A stretch of DNA of 63,919 nt, counting the filler, from Reticulomyxa filosa (taxonomy: Eukaryota; Protista; Foraminifera): NCBI GenBank assembly GCA_000512085.1. It is 25 parts of 25 records of this genome, joined end to end, with 100 filler letters (N's around TTAATTAATTAA, not from the genome) between each part and the next. Parts side by side here need not be neighbours in the genome. Positions count along the whole stretch, not along the records: positions 24,665 to 25,775 come from ASPP01033558.1; positions 25,876 to 27,098 come from ASPP01024397.1; positions 27,199 to 29,068 come from ASPP01011068.1; positions 29,169 to 31,640 come from ASPP01011284.1; positions 31,741 to 34,578 come from ASPP01045596.1; positions 34,679 to 37,235 come from ASPP01021474.1; 19 more parts are not named here. One strand, 5' to 3'. Of this stretch, positions 24,565 to 36,074 are shown one piece after another. Under the pieces are notes generated by a model, which was given only the letters and a program-made list of their open reading frames with translations, did not search any database and was not told where the DNA came from. How positions within the stretch are numbered: the stretch's first letter is position 1; every line of letters begins with the position of its first letter. Position numbers and translations under genes: made by a program.

Positions 24565-26584
24565 NNNNNNNNNNNNNNNNNNNNNNNNNNNNNNNNNNNN
24601 NNNNNNNNTTAATTAATTAANNNNNNNNNNNNNNNNNNNNNNNNNNNNNNNNNNNNNNNNNNNNAAAAACAATTTGCAAAGAGAACATAAAAGTGTTTGA
24701 TCAAATGGTGCATATCAATTGAATTATATTTTTTGTTCAAAACAAACTTTTGTCTGTCTTTTACTTGACAAGAGTTGTTGTAAATTCAATGCACTGATTC
24801 TTTTTCAAACTGCGCAAGTTAGTTGAAACGGACGAATATGGAATGCATCTAAAGGTATAACAAATATGAGTTTGGTATATTGAAAAAACAAAAGCATGAA
24901 AAAAAAAAGAAACGATATTGTTGGTTTTAATATTATCATGATCTTCAAATATCAAAAGGAACGCACAAGATAGTTATAATCTACCATTCGGAGGAATATA
25001 TCTACGTGTAAAGAACTCGAAAAGAATTGCAGCCAAATAATAATGATAAAAGTGGAAAAAATTGTCGACATGCACTCTGTTTTTTTGCAAAAAAACAAAA
25101 AGTCCAAGATAAATGGTTTAATTAATGGTAAACCAAAACAAAATTTAAATGTAGGAAATTTGTTCGTAGGAATAAGCTGTACTATTCAAAAACTGTAATT
25201 TATTCGATTGTACAATTTGCCATTGGGTAGCAAAAAAATATAACAATAATAGAGAAAAGCTATGCAAAAAAAAAGGAAAAGAAATATTCAGACATACAAA
25301 CGTGATAATGATAAGCAATTACGGATAGAACTCATTAAACAAGAGCTGTGGAGTTTTTAATAATAGATAAAACCAAGGACGTGTGATTGACGTTGGACCT
25401 TTTTTGCTTCCATTTGGTCTTATATTTGTGCAAAGAATTACTGAAATAATATGTTTTGTTTTCAATTCAATTCTTTTTCTTCAACAAAAAAAGTGGACCT
25501 TAAAAAGGGGTTAGTTCCATTTTTTTAATTTTTTTATCTGTAATGTCTTTGCTTTGTTAGCAAGATCGAAAGAATTATCACATGCAATGAAACTAATTTA
25601 TTGATTATGTCTTCACTTAGTGAAAATCCTTAGTAAGAACTTCTTTTTCCTTTGACGTCACAACAAGTGATAATATCATTATGTTTTAATGAAGAAAATG
25701 AAATTTCCTGCAAACTATGCAAATTTTGATGATAGAAAAAAAAGTAAGTAGATCACTTTTGAACAGTGTTGATATNNNNNNNNNNNNNNNNNNNNNNNNN
25801 NNNNNNNNNNNNNNNNNNNTTAATTAATTAANNNNNNNNNNNNNNNNNNNNNNNNNNNNNNNNNNNNNNNNNNNNATATTTTTTTTCCACACGTTTTCAA
25901 ATGTAACTTCATCAATATATTTGAGCTATGCAATACAACTTGAATATTGAATATTGATGCTTTGCTTTCTTCGCAATATCATTTTTTAATCCACTATCTG
26001 GCTTCTTTCGTTTTATGTCTATTTGTTTTGTGCCATTTGTGTCGACGTCATATCATTATTCGACGTCATTTTAAATTGTCGTAATGATTTCCCTGATCAG
26101 GCATATCAGTATTTTTTTAATTTTAATTAAATTGGATGCAATTTACTTGATATTAATTATTGTTTACAATTAACAGTAAACATCAACGAAGTTATCAAAA
26201 TAAATTTTAGTGTCACAGACTGGTTTGTTTATTTCGAATTTTTCTTTTTTTTTACACAATTGATTTTTTTAAGTATTAAATTTTAATTTTTGTTTTAGTT
26301 TTTTCTAATTTATTAAAAGAAGCGAATTGAATCTCAATATTTTATGAGACTTCGAAAACAATGAAGAGCCAAATTGTTTTCACAATCGTTCAACTTTGAC
26401 ATTTACTTTGCTCTTTTGATATTTTAAATTTAGACTTTAAATTGATATTTTTACTTGTTGTGTTGATTGTAATTGAGTTTTAACAAATTTTATAATCTTT
26501 TCCTTTGCTTTTTGTTTTTATTTGAGTACAGTAATTTAAATAAAACGATATTTTTTTGTCTGAATGATAAGATTCAACGTAAAA

Positions 26585-26805
26585 TTATGACAGCAAAAGA
26601 ATATAGCAAAAAGATTTAATTTTATAGTGAACACAAAATTGGACTGTAGATGATTGTAAAAAAGTTATATTTTTGGATGAAACAAAAGCTAACGTATAAA
26701 GAAATATTTCTGATGAAATGCTGAAAAGCATTACGTATTGAACCATAAATGCAACTCAGTAAATAAGTGGTTTGAGCAAAACAAAATGAACTTGATTGAG
26801 TTCCT
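26585..26805 (+). mobile_element. Tc1-family transposase relic
   Basis: KRFNFYSEHK-WTVDDCKKVIFLDETKAN (cf. WTxxDWKKVIFSDETK, first catalytic Asp), then HKCNSVNKWFEQNKMNLIE (cf. KHTSKxVKxWF). Heavily deleted. Confidence 0.7.
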
Positions 26806-27198
26806 CAAAATTCGCATGATCTTTGGCAATAATCAAAGAAAACTTTACAAAAGTGACCACATCATTTTTGAAAACATTTTGAAAAAAAAAATAGGAAACG
26901 TAGAAAAAGACATATTCAACTATTCAAAGTAATTCATAAAAACATATCATTTATGTAATTTATGTTTAACAGTTTTAATATTTCAAATTCAGTGTCAAAT
27001 TTACTCTTTAAGCTTAGCAAAGCAATAATCAATTTAAAAACAAGGAACAAAACACATTTAAATTTATAAAAGTTGTGGTAAATTACATTTTTTATGTTNN
27101 NNNNNNNNNNNNNNNNNNNNNNNNNNNNNNNNNNNNNNNNNNTTAATTAATTAANNNNNNNNNNNNNNNNNNNNNNNNNNNNNNNNNNNNNNNNNNNN

Positions 27199-27292
27199 GA
27201 CATATTTTTCTGAATTACAAAACCTGCAATGCATTATCACTCCATACTAGTTGCTCCCCTAATATAACATGTATCTAAATGTTGGCAATCCC
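27199..27292 (-). mobile_element. Probable left end of an IS1-family element (transposase start)
   Basis: GGAG RBS then ATG at 27234: MHCRFCNSEKYV running off the contig (CxxC zinc-ribbon start). Upstream GGGATTGCCAACA resembles an IS1-type IR. Confidence 0.45.
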
Positions 27293-27606
27293 GAATATTC
27301 GATTAATAAATGTTTATTATACGATGCGCTATTGTATATTTATTAATTACTTAATTTAAATGCTTAACAATTAATAAATAATTATAAAATATAATTGTAA
27401 TATTATTAATTTCCATTACATTGGTATCAATGAGGGTTAGAGTAAGGGGGGCCTCTTATAATTAACTATGTTGAGCTTCTTTAAAAATAGACAAATGTAG
27501 TTAATTATTAAAGGTTACGATCTAATAAGATATACTTATAAATAGTTGATTACTTTCTGATCAAAATGATTTAAACTGTTGATACTTTGATGAGAAAGGA
27601 AATGTC

Positions 27607-28517
27607 TTGAAAATTAATTCTTCTTTTAAATATCATATTTCAAGTGAAATGTTTGGCATCATTTGTATGCTATTGTGTTGTTTTTTTTACGCATTGTTGA
27701 ACTGTTTGGCACGATATCTTAGTACTACAATTCATCCATTAACAATGGTGTTTTATCGAAATTTTATCGCATTAATATTGATCTTACCTTTTGTTATTCC
27801 AAAAATCTCAGCCATTATCAATCGAGAGTCCTTTAATAGATTAAATCTTGCTAGAGGAATTGGTGGATTTTTAAGTATGGCTTTTTGGTTTTTAGCTATT
27901 GCAGAATTACCGGTACCAGAAGTGATAGCTTTATCCTTCCTAACTCCCATTTTTATAGGAATTATGGCAGAATTTTTTTAAAGGAAAAATTATCATTTGA
28001 CAAAATTATTGCATTGACCCTTGGGTTTTTTGGCACTTATGTGATTTTAAAACCAGATGTAAATGGTATTAGCTTAGCTACCATTTATGTCTTGATGTCC
28101 TCTTTAATATGGGCTTCGACCAATATCATGGTTAAAAAGCTTACCAAATCACAGGATGCATATACTATTGTATTTTATATGGCTTTAATCATTGCACCTA
28201 TATCTTTTCCCTGGGTGATAATGCATCCGTACATTCCAAATTTAAAGGAGTTAGGAATTATAACTTTAATTGCACTATCATCTAATATCGCTCAAATATT
28301 AATTGCAAAAGCCTATACCAAAACACGAGTGACAGTTGTTATTCCTTTTGATTTTACCAGACTTATTTTTGGTTCGATGATAGCCTATATTATGTTCGGT
28401 GAGATATTGCAGTTAAATACTTTAATCGGATCTATAATGATATTAATTGCTGGTTATCTAGTGGCCTATATGGAATTAAAAAGAAAGAACGAGAAAGTTG
28501 TAGTGGAAGCTAGCTAA
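27607..28517 (+). CDS. Bacterial DMT/EamA-family transporter, single frameshift at T7 (27973-27979)
   Basis: Two overlapping ORFs join to about 303 aa with two EamA halves: F(Y)RNF, LSFLTPIF..FLKEK, PFDFTRLIF..YIMFGE. No introns; AGGA RBS before the TTG start. Confidence 0.9.
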
Positions 28518-28598
28518 AACCCAATTTAAAAAAATTATGGCTGCTACTTTTCAGTCCTGACCTAGATTAATAATCCTAACTGCCTCTAACTAGCTTCC
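28505..28598 (-). ncRNA. ffs: Bacterial SRP RNA (4.5S)
   Basis: Minus strand contains the helix-8 signature GGTCAGG-ACT-GAAA-AGT-AGCAGCC. The termini GGAAGCTAG...CTAGCTTCC close a 94-nt rod. Confidence 0.92.
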
Positions 28599-28605
28599 GA
28601 TAATA

Positions 28606-28633
28606 ATTATAGTGTTATATTGATTTAGAGCAA
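28606..28633 (-). promoter_or_regulatory. Sigma70-type promoter for ffs
   Basis: TTGCTC-16 nt-TATAAT, ending 7 nt before the first G of the SRP RNA stem. Confidence 0.75.
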
Positions 28634-28727
28634 TAATAAAAATGAAATCGGTTTTAGGATCGCTTGTTGTTAGATGTTTTGAGTGCTAAGCTATTCATTC
28701 TCTTTAAAAAAGTGGTGGTAAATCTCA

Positions 28728-29048
28728 ATGCATTTTGATGTAATTATAACTGAAATAATCCTATGTCTACAATGCTTTTATTTTAGTTATGTGGCTTCAA
28801 AAGTTAATACTCAAAATAATTTGATTAAAGTTTGGACAACTTCATTTTTTATTTTTTTAGGAATTGCAAGTTTACTATGCACGGTTGCGAATGGAATGTT
28901 CGAAGTTGAAAATACATTATTAGCTGAAATTATCTGGCATATCAGTTTGTTTTTTTTAGGAGTAGCGATTTCGATATTTTGGATTATAGGTGCAGTTACT
29001 ATTAATTCTCCATTTCTCTATAAGGTAATAGACTTCTTTCGAAACTAA
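28728..29048 (+). CDS. Bacterial membrane protein (DUF6962-like), apparently truncated by an inserted element
   Basis: Three hydrophobic helices with a W..FF..LG.ASL..TVANG...IW..SL..LG pattern. The last residues IDFFRN come from a repeat-like end. Confidence 0.55.
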   Translation: MHFDVIITEIILCLQCFYFSYVASKVNTQNNLIKVWTTSFFIFLGIASLLCTVANGMFEVENTLLAEIIWHISLFFLGVAISIFWIIGAVTINSPFLYKVIDFFRN

Positions 29049-29068
29049 AAGAAATAGATTAAAAAGTA
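29030..29068 (+). mobile_element. Possible IS/RPE-like terminal repeat AGACTTCTTTCGAAACT
   Basis: Lies at the contig end, interrupts the ORF, and matches my recollection of the Rickettsia RPE-1 terminus (reads RLLSKL / DFFRN). Confidence 0.4.
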
Positions 29069-29216
29069 NNNNNNNNNNNNNNNNNNNNNNNNNNNNNNNN
29101 NNNNNNNNNNNNTTAATTAATTAANNNNNNNNNNNNNNNNNNNNNNNNNNNNNNNNNNNNNNNNNNNNCCCCCCCCCCCCCCCCCCCCCCCCCTTTTTTT
29201 TTTTTTTTTTTTGTAA

Positions 29217-30061
29217 CCTGTTGAATCGTCGTGTTGTTGCAGCTCCATTAATTCATTGTATAAGTTCAACTTTTCTGTACTCATGTTATTAGAACTGCTG
29301 GCCATGATGCCACTGCCCAATGCGGCACTGCCGGTTGTGAGTTGGCTCATGGAAGAGCTGGCACTTTGGCTTATTGAGTCTTCGTATTCGTTGGTGCTCA
29401 CATCTTTGACCTCGTCACTTACGTATACGCTTGACACATTACTTTTATACAGCGACTCGTTCGTCCTCATTACGTAATAGCTTATTATTGCTATTCTTAT
29501 GCTCTGCAGTTGAATGCTCACTATCAAATGAAATGTGTCCTTCGGCAGTTTGGAGTGGTTGTTTTTATACCAAGAGTGTTCATGGGTTGCTATGTGTCTT
29601 GCTTCGTTCAAATCTGCTTCTATAAACTCTTGGTATGCCAATTTAAATAACGAGCGTTTGGATTTGATTTTTTTTCGAGACTTTTTTTTAAAAAAAAAAA
29701 TTTAACTCATTTTTTTTTTTTTTTCTATCCCCCTCTCTTGACTCTTGTGCCCCCTTTTTTTGTCAACAGCGTTTTCGGGTAGGCAAAAAGACAGGAACAG
29801 TGGGAACACACACAAAAAAAAGCATACACACCACAAAATAGCTTTCCAAACTGTTAGATAATCTGATGAGCGGATACAAATTTTTTTTGCGTTTGTTTCT
29901 TTCCATTCCCCCCAATGTGCTTTTCCACTTGGCTGGATGCAGTCTGGCCACACATAATCAGACAACCGGTTATCGGATCGTCTATGCCTCTTTTGACGTT
30001 TATTGGAAATGGATGTATCCTCGGCATGTTTTGTTTTGTCATGTTGTTTTGTTTTAGACAT
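29217..30061 (-). CDS. EDR2 C-terminal domain (DUF1336)-like protein, 5' part
   Basis: Exons 30061-29852 and 29680-~29217 splice to WKETNAKKICIRSSDYLT|SRKKIKSKRSLFKL...HIATH...FHLIVSIQL...ISYY. Confidence 0.65.
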
Positions 30062-31233
30062 TGTGGGTTTGAACTTTCCTAAATGAATTTGTAAAGACAC
30101 GCCAAGGAATAACAAAGAAATAGCTGTATTTTATTTTGCAAAATTACTTTTGGTTGAAAATAGGTACAGATTTAGTGTCTCTTCGTATGTAATCAATCTA
30201 CTGTGATGTTTGACTTATGTACATGCAGTCTAGTACAGCATTATCAAGAATTTAACTTTGATGCAAATATTTTAATTTGCATTGCATATCCACTGATAAT
30301 GGATACTAATAATTTAAACTTGGAATGTTGTGGTAAACACTACATAGTTTTAAAAAAGCTACTAAAATGCTACAATATAGAATAATATTTTATCAATGAA
30401 AATCAACATTTAATCAAAATGTTAAAAAAATATTTACAAATCACGTAACCTTTAAATATTATTTAATCTTTATTATTTACTAATTTGTTCAAAATATGCT
30501 GACCTTTTTAGTAGATATTTAAAAACAATTTTGATTGAATGCTTACTTTTCATGGAGAAAATCAATCATATTTGTAATGTGGCATATCTTCAATTTTTTT
30601 TTTTTTTTTGCATTCTATATGCTATGTGGAATAATTTATCTTCATAATGGTAATAAGATATTCACGATACAAATATGTTAAGGCATATATTTTATTGTAC
30701 TAAAGTACAGATAAATAAATACATTACTAATCAATAACAAATTTCAGTGATTTTTTGTTTATAAAAATACAGACAGTTTGAACATTTCATCTTTCTGTGT
30801 TTTGATTGGTGTCAGGAGTATATAGTTTCAATGACAACAATATCATTATTGGAGACGTATACGTATTTTGACAAGAAAAACTTGAAGCAATACATTGGAT
30901 GCTCACTATTTTCTGACCATTTCTTTCATGTTTAATACACAAAAATAAAAGTGGCTGGATACATTGTCAAATACTAAAAGACTGGAATGATTATTGTAAC
31001 TGGAGAAATGAGGCCATTACAAACTAAACGAACAATTCAGTATTTTCGAACAAAAATTGGTTTGGCGTGTTGCGCATATGGACCTTTTCGCTCCAACTGA
31101 AAAACGTGGGGTCAAAAGTTCCAATCTACCTAAATTTTCTTTTTTTTGAAACAAAAAAATAAAAAAAAAGAAAATCGAGCCACAAAACCTATTAGAAAAA
31201 TCTTGGATTTTTCAGGAATAAAACAAATTTTTG

Positions 31234-31509
31234 ATGAAGTGGCCGTCCTATCCTCGCGGCATGTTCCGCTCCTATTGCCGTGGGTTTCGTGACGCGTTGC
31301 GTCCAGGGGCCTTTGTGTATTGTTTCACATCCGACTTGATTCGGAAGCGTTTTTTGCAGTGTTTTTTTTTGAATGGGATATTATTTTTAGGATCAGTGTT
31401 TGTGATGTATAACGTGATTTATCCCATTTTGGATTTGTTGTTATCGATATGTGGTTTCAGTCAGGACACATTGGAATGGACCAAGTTTACAGTTGACAAG
31501 TTGTACAAA
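31234..31509 (+). CDS. EI24: EI24 (etoposide-induced 2.4) family protein, first exon
   Basis: RGFRDA...RFLQCFFLNGILFLGSV matches the EI24 QCxxLNGxxFxxS motif. Confidence 0.75.
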
Positions 31510-32805
31510 GTTAATGTCCGAACAATCAATTGCACGTTATATTTGAAAAAAAGAGAGAGAGAGAGTGTGAGTATGCGTGCGAGAAGGTTCAAAAAGTGAG
31601 CAAAGGGGGAGGGAGAAAAAAAAAAAAAAAAAACGGGGGGNNNNNNNNNNNNNNNNNNNNNNNNNNNNNNNNNNNNNNNNNNNNTTAATTAATTAANNNN
31701 NNNNNNNNNNNNNNNNNNNNNNNNNNNNNNNNNNNNNNNNAAAAAAAAAAATAAGCATTTTCGTTTTTTTTTTGAACACAGGAGCGGCTTCACCCTAAAG
31801 TTTTCTTTGGATGTAGGGGACGTATAAATTTTATTTTTTTTTGAATAGGGCTGCAGCTGTAATTGAAAAAAAACATAATATCATTATGTAAAAAAAAAAA
31901 AAAAAATAAAAAGATTTAACAAACCATGATTTCTCCTTGAGGAGACGGGGGACCTTGCCCATTTTCTTTTTTCTTTTGTTAAAGGATGCACAGCACCCGA
32001 ATAAGAAAGACATTTTTTTTAAAAAGTGGAAGACTGTTAAACAACAAATCACTTTTCTTTTTTAACTTGAAATTATTTTAAAAAACAAGACAAAAAAAGA
32101 CATACAAGTGAAAGATGGTGTAATCACCCTAATTACGAGCTGGTACAACGATAGAGACACAACAAAAAAAAAAAAAGACCTTTTTTTTTCTTCGTTAAAT
32201 CGTAATGCACACAACTCATAAATGTTAACAAAAAAGATTTAAATTTTTAATTTTTTTTGAATATTTTCACATTTTTGAGAAAACTACTTCAAAAAAAGAA
32301 TTGTTAAAATTTTTGTATAGTATTTCTACAATTGTAATTAAAAAAAAAATGAATTAATTACAAATAATTAAAAATTAAAATTTTTTTTTTTTGGAATAAT
32401 TTATTTTTCCTTGAATAATGATTTTTCAATTGAAGAGAAAAACTTTTCCCTTTTTAGAAAAAACTCTCTTGAACATTACAATGAGGTTTTGGAATTCGCT
32501 CTTGAGAGTTCCTTCATCAATGCTCTCCTCTGTAAAGTACAACAGCTGTCGAAAAAGAAAGAGAACAATCTGTGTAAACCCAATACACCAAAAACGACAC
32601 TGTACATCCATCATCATCGTCAAGAGAGGATATCAATGTTTTCAATCTTTTTAGCAGGTCACGTTTTTATGTATTTTTTATCATCATGTTGTAGACAATC
32701 TCATTTCAAAACATTTGAAATCTAATATTTTAATACATTGACTATCCAGAATGCTCACTATCTTATTAAAAGGATTCCGAAAAACAAGGTATAGCAAAGT
32801 TATCA

Positions 32806-33700
32806 ATGATTCTATTTGAGGTGAAGTTGAAAAGCACCTCTTTTTTGGAATTATTATTAATGGGAAAAAGGTTTGATACCGAATACGAGAAAATAGAGGG
32901 AAAACCACAGGTAAAATGTAAATACTATCAACCCAATGATATTTGGCACCTAAAAAAAAAGTTACTTGTTACCATTGGAACAAAGATATTTCAATTTTTA
33001 AACATTCCAAGTGTGGGAATCGGATTGACAAATAATTTTTTTTTTTACGTAGATGACATACAAAAATATGTACACATATAATACATGTACACATATATGA
33101 AAGGATCGGTTCTATATATTTCACAAAATGGAGTCAATAGGAATGAAAGCATTGGAATCTGGTTGGATAAAATCACGCGCTCAAGGCTATGATGGCAAAT
33201 ACAAGTTTTCGACCAGACATTGCTATGGACTGTTTGTAACCACAAAAGATATTCACAAAGTGTTCCCACAATTGTCCAAACTGATCTTACACTCAGCGAC
33301 GGCAAAATTATCGGATTGAAATCGCAACTTCGGCGGGTCAATGAAGGTGATGGAAATATAAATGGCAAAAATTATTTCACCACGAAGTTGGAATGACTTT
33401 TTGGCCAATGCCACTGATGGTGCAGTCAAAAAATGGCTGGTAATGATTTGGGTGAGTGGCTATCATTAGAGCAAGAATTGGACACGTGGGATGTCAATGC
33501 CAATGACGGAATGCTTAATGGACAAACCTTGTTTCAAACCAAAATGTGCAGGTTTATTGTTTGATTTTGATAATATTACATTGACTGATTTGTTGGTTAA
33601 TGATATTTTTTTTTTATCAACATTTGAATTATGTAATTGTTGCAGACTGAGGATTTGCTTATGTCACTGTAGTTGGATTTGTGATTGCTCTAAGCCGGCG
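32806..33700 (+). pseudogene. Degenerate multi-exon gene of unknown function
   Basis: Coding-like segments (ALESGWIKSRAQGYDGKYKFS; GEWLSLEQELDTW) broken by stops and frameshifts. Confidence 0.4.
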
Positions 33701-36074
33701 GTGTGCTTAATGATTCGACAATTTTGGAAATCTTTGCACAATACACGCGATCGTTAGTAGTGATAAAAAGACCATCGATATCAATAATTTCAGGATTCGT
33801 TGCTCACAGGGCCAATATACTTTATCTTGTCCATCCGCCATCGACCTTTAGATGTTTTACTTCCATCGACCAGTTTAATTAGTTTGGGTTTTTTTCTCTT
33901 CGATCAATATAACAATAAGAATCTCCTTCTTGATGTATTTCAAAAATAACCAGTTAGATGGCTTTATTGAGTTTTGCCACATAATTGTTCTTCATACCTA
34001 GAAACCCGTAAAGTCGCCACTCGATCTATCGGCGCCAATGAACAAGAGGCAATTGATCGCTATAAAAATTGTGATAATTTTGTTAACACAGAGATTGAGC
34101 ACTAGTACCAAAACTTGTCGTGTGTGAGCGCAAATTCGCAAATTTATGTTTTGGATCGTGCGTATACTGATGGGAGAAACCTTGCACTTATGAGACATTG
34201 GACATTGTTAAAGAAAGCTAGTTGTATTTCCAAGTTCGTCGTTGCAAGAGTTGTATGCCTTGCGTTTGTCGAATAAACGACTGTTATCTTTGCCAAACTG
34301 CATCCGGGACCAACTATGAGCTGCTGACGACGTGTTGGGTAGCAATCAAGAAAGCAAGAAGTGGAAGACGAAGAAGGAAAGAACGTGAACACGGTCAAAA
34401 AATAATTGACATTTGCGATCGAGCAACCACTATATCGAGAGAATCACCATATGTAAGAGTGGTTCAATTTAACTGTACTGAAACTCCAAAACACTAGCAA
34501 GAAAGAAGAGAAAGAATATGATGATAAAGAAAAGAAAAATAATATCAAGCATGTATCAAGTTGGATTTGTTTAAAGGANNNNNNNNNNNNNNNNNNNNNN
34601 NNNNNNNNNNNNNNNNNNNNNNTTAATTAATTAANNNNNNNNNNNNNNNNNNNNNNNNNNNNNNNNNNNNNNNNNNNNTTTGCAAAAAATAACAAGATTT
34701 CACAATATAAACGAATAACAAAAATGTACATTAAAACTAAAAATCATTAATAATGTTAAAAAAAACAAAAATAGATGACAGCAAAATATTTTTATGTTAA
34801 GAATGTTATAATTTAAAGTTTAATTTTTTTTGACTTTGTGTCAATTTGTGGCTTGTGATTTAAAGATTACTTATTTTTTTGCATAATCTATTATTGTTCA
34901 AGCGCCATTGACAATATTGAACAAACCGGTCAAAAACTTTCAAAGGATTTTCTTTTTCAAAGTAAACATAATTTTGATCATTATTATCATTTCAGAAAAT
35001 AACAAAGAATAAACAATAACTTTAATAAAAGCATCAAATGCAAAAAGGAAAAGTCAATAATCAAAATAAAATGCACGAAAGCAGTCAAATAACAACAAAA
35101 ATATTCAAAAAAACTTAAAAAGTAAGCAGTTCTTTATGAATAAAAATTCTGCCGAAAAAAGGATTTAATTTTTTAAACAATTAGGAAAGATGTAATAAAC
35201 CCAAAATCATATTTAAAACTACACGATTCGTAGATATTTTTAAAAAATTATGTCTGGATGTTGTTTCTTCATGAAGAAAATTAATTATATCATAAGGTGC
35301 CACTTTAGTGTCAACTTTCTTTTCATTCATTATTTGATATAATGAATTAAGTTGCACTTAGTGAACAAATGTCCAATAATTAACAGACATCAATGTATTA
35401 TCCGATGAAACGTTTCGTTACTTGTGATTGAACGTGGAGCCAGATTTTAGATGAAACAAGAACTACATAAAGTATTACAATTATTCTTTCAAATTTTTAC
35501 ATTTGATCCATTACAAATTTTACAGCTGCCTTGACAACATCGGCTCTGAGTACTATGTCCTATTTCTAGAACGATTTGCGCTTTTAACTTGAAAAAACTA
35601 AGTTTGTGCGTGTAGTGATACAAAAAGCATTACGGGTTTATGGTGAAGCAAGGAGTAGTCTAAAATAATAAAAGATTTGTATGTTTTTAGATTTTGAAAA
35701 AATGTTGATTTTCGTATAAAAGGTGCCAGTAATTAGCTAAGAATATCACAAGCACGTAACATTTAAAATACAATTTAAAAAATTGAAATGACATAACATA
35801 AGAAGAGCAGTTGAACTCTTTACAAAATTTAAGGAAAACAATTTTTTTGAGAAACATTTGAATAGAAAGTTGTAATAATTTAGCCGTCAAAAAAAACGTT
35901 ATCTTTTCATTGTGAGAGGCCTTCTTATCCAAAATCGTTAACACAAAGTGTTTTTCTCTCCCACCAAAAAAGGTGGATAAAACTAAAACAGCCTGTTCCA
36001 TTTACCTTAACAGAATTTCTCTCGAAATAATATATTTTTTTAATTTGTAATTTTTTGTTGTATTGGTTTGAAAA

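Noticed and set aside
26041-26070. Two TCGACGTCAT motifs as CRE-like sites
   Set aside because: Too short, and no linked gene on this contig.
27973-27981. Programmed frameshift or pseudogenisation of the DMT gene (TTTTTTTAAA)
   Set aside because: One extra T restores the conserved FFLKEK. Similar slips occur in A-runs at about 1990 and 54641, consistent with homopolymer sequencing error; reads would be needed to exclude slippage.
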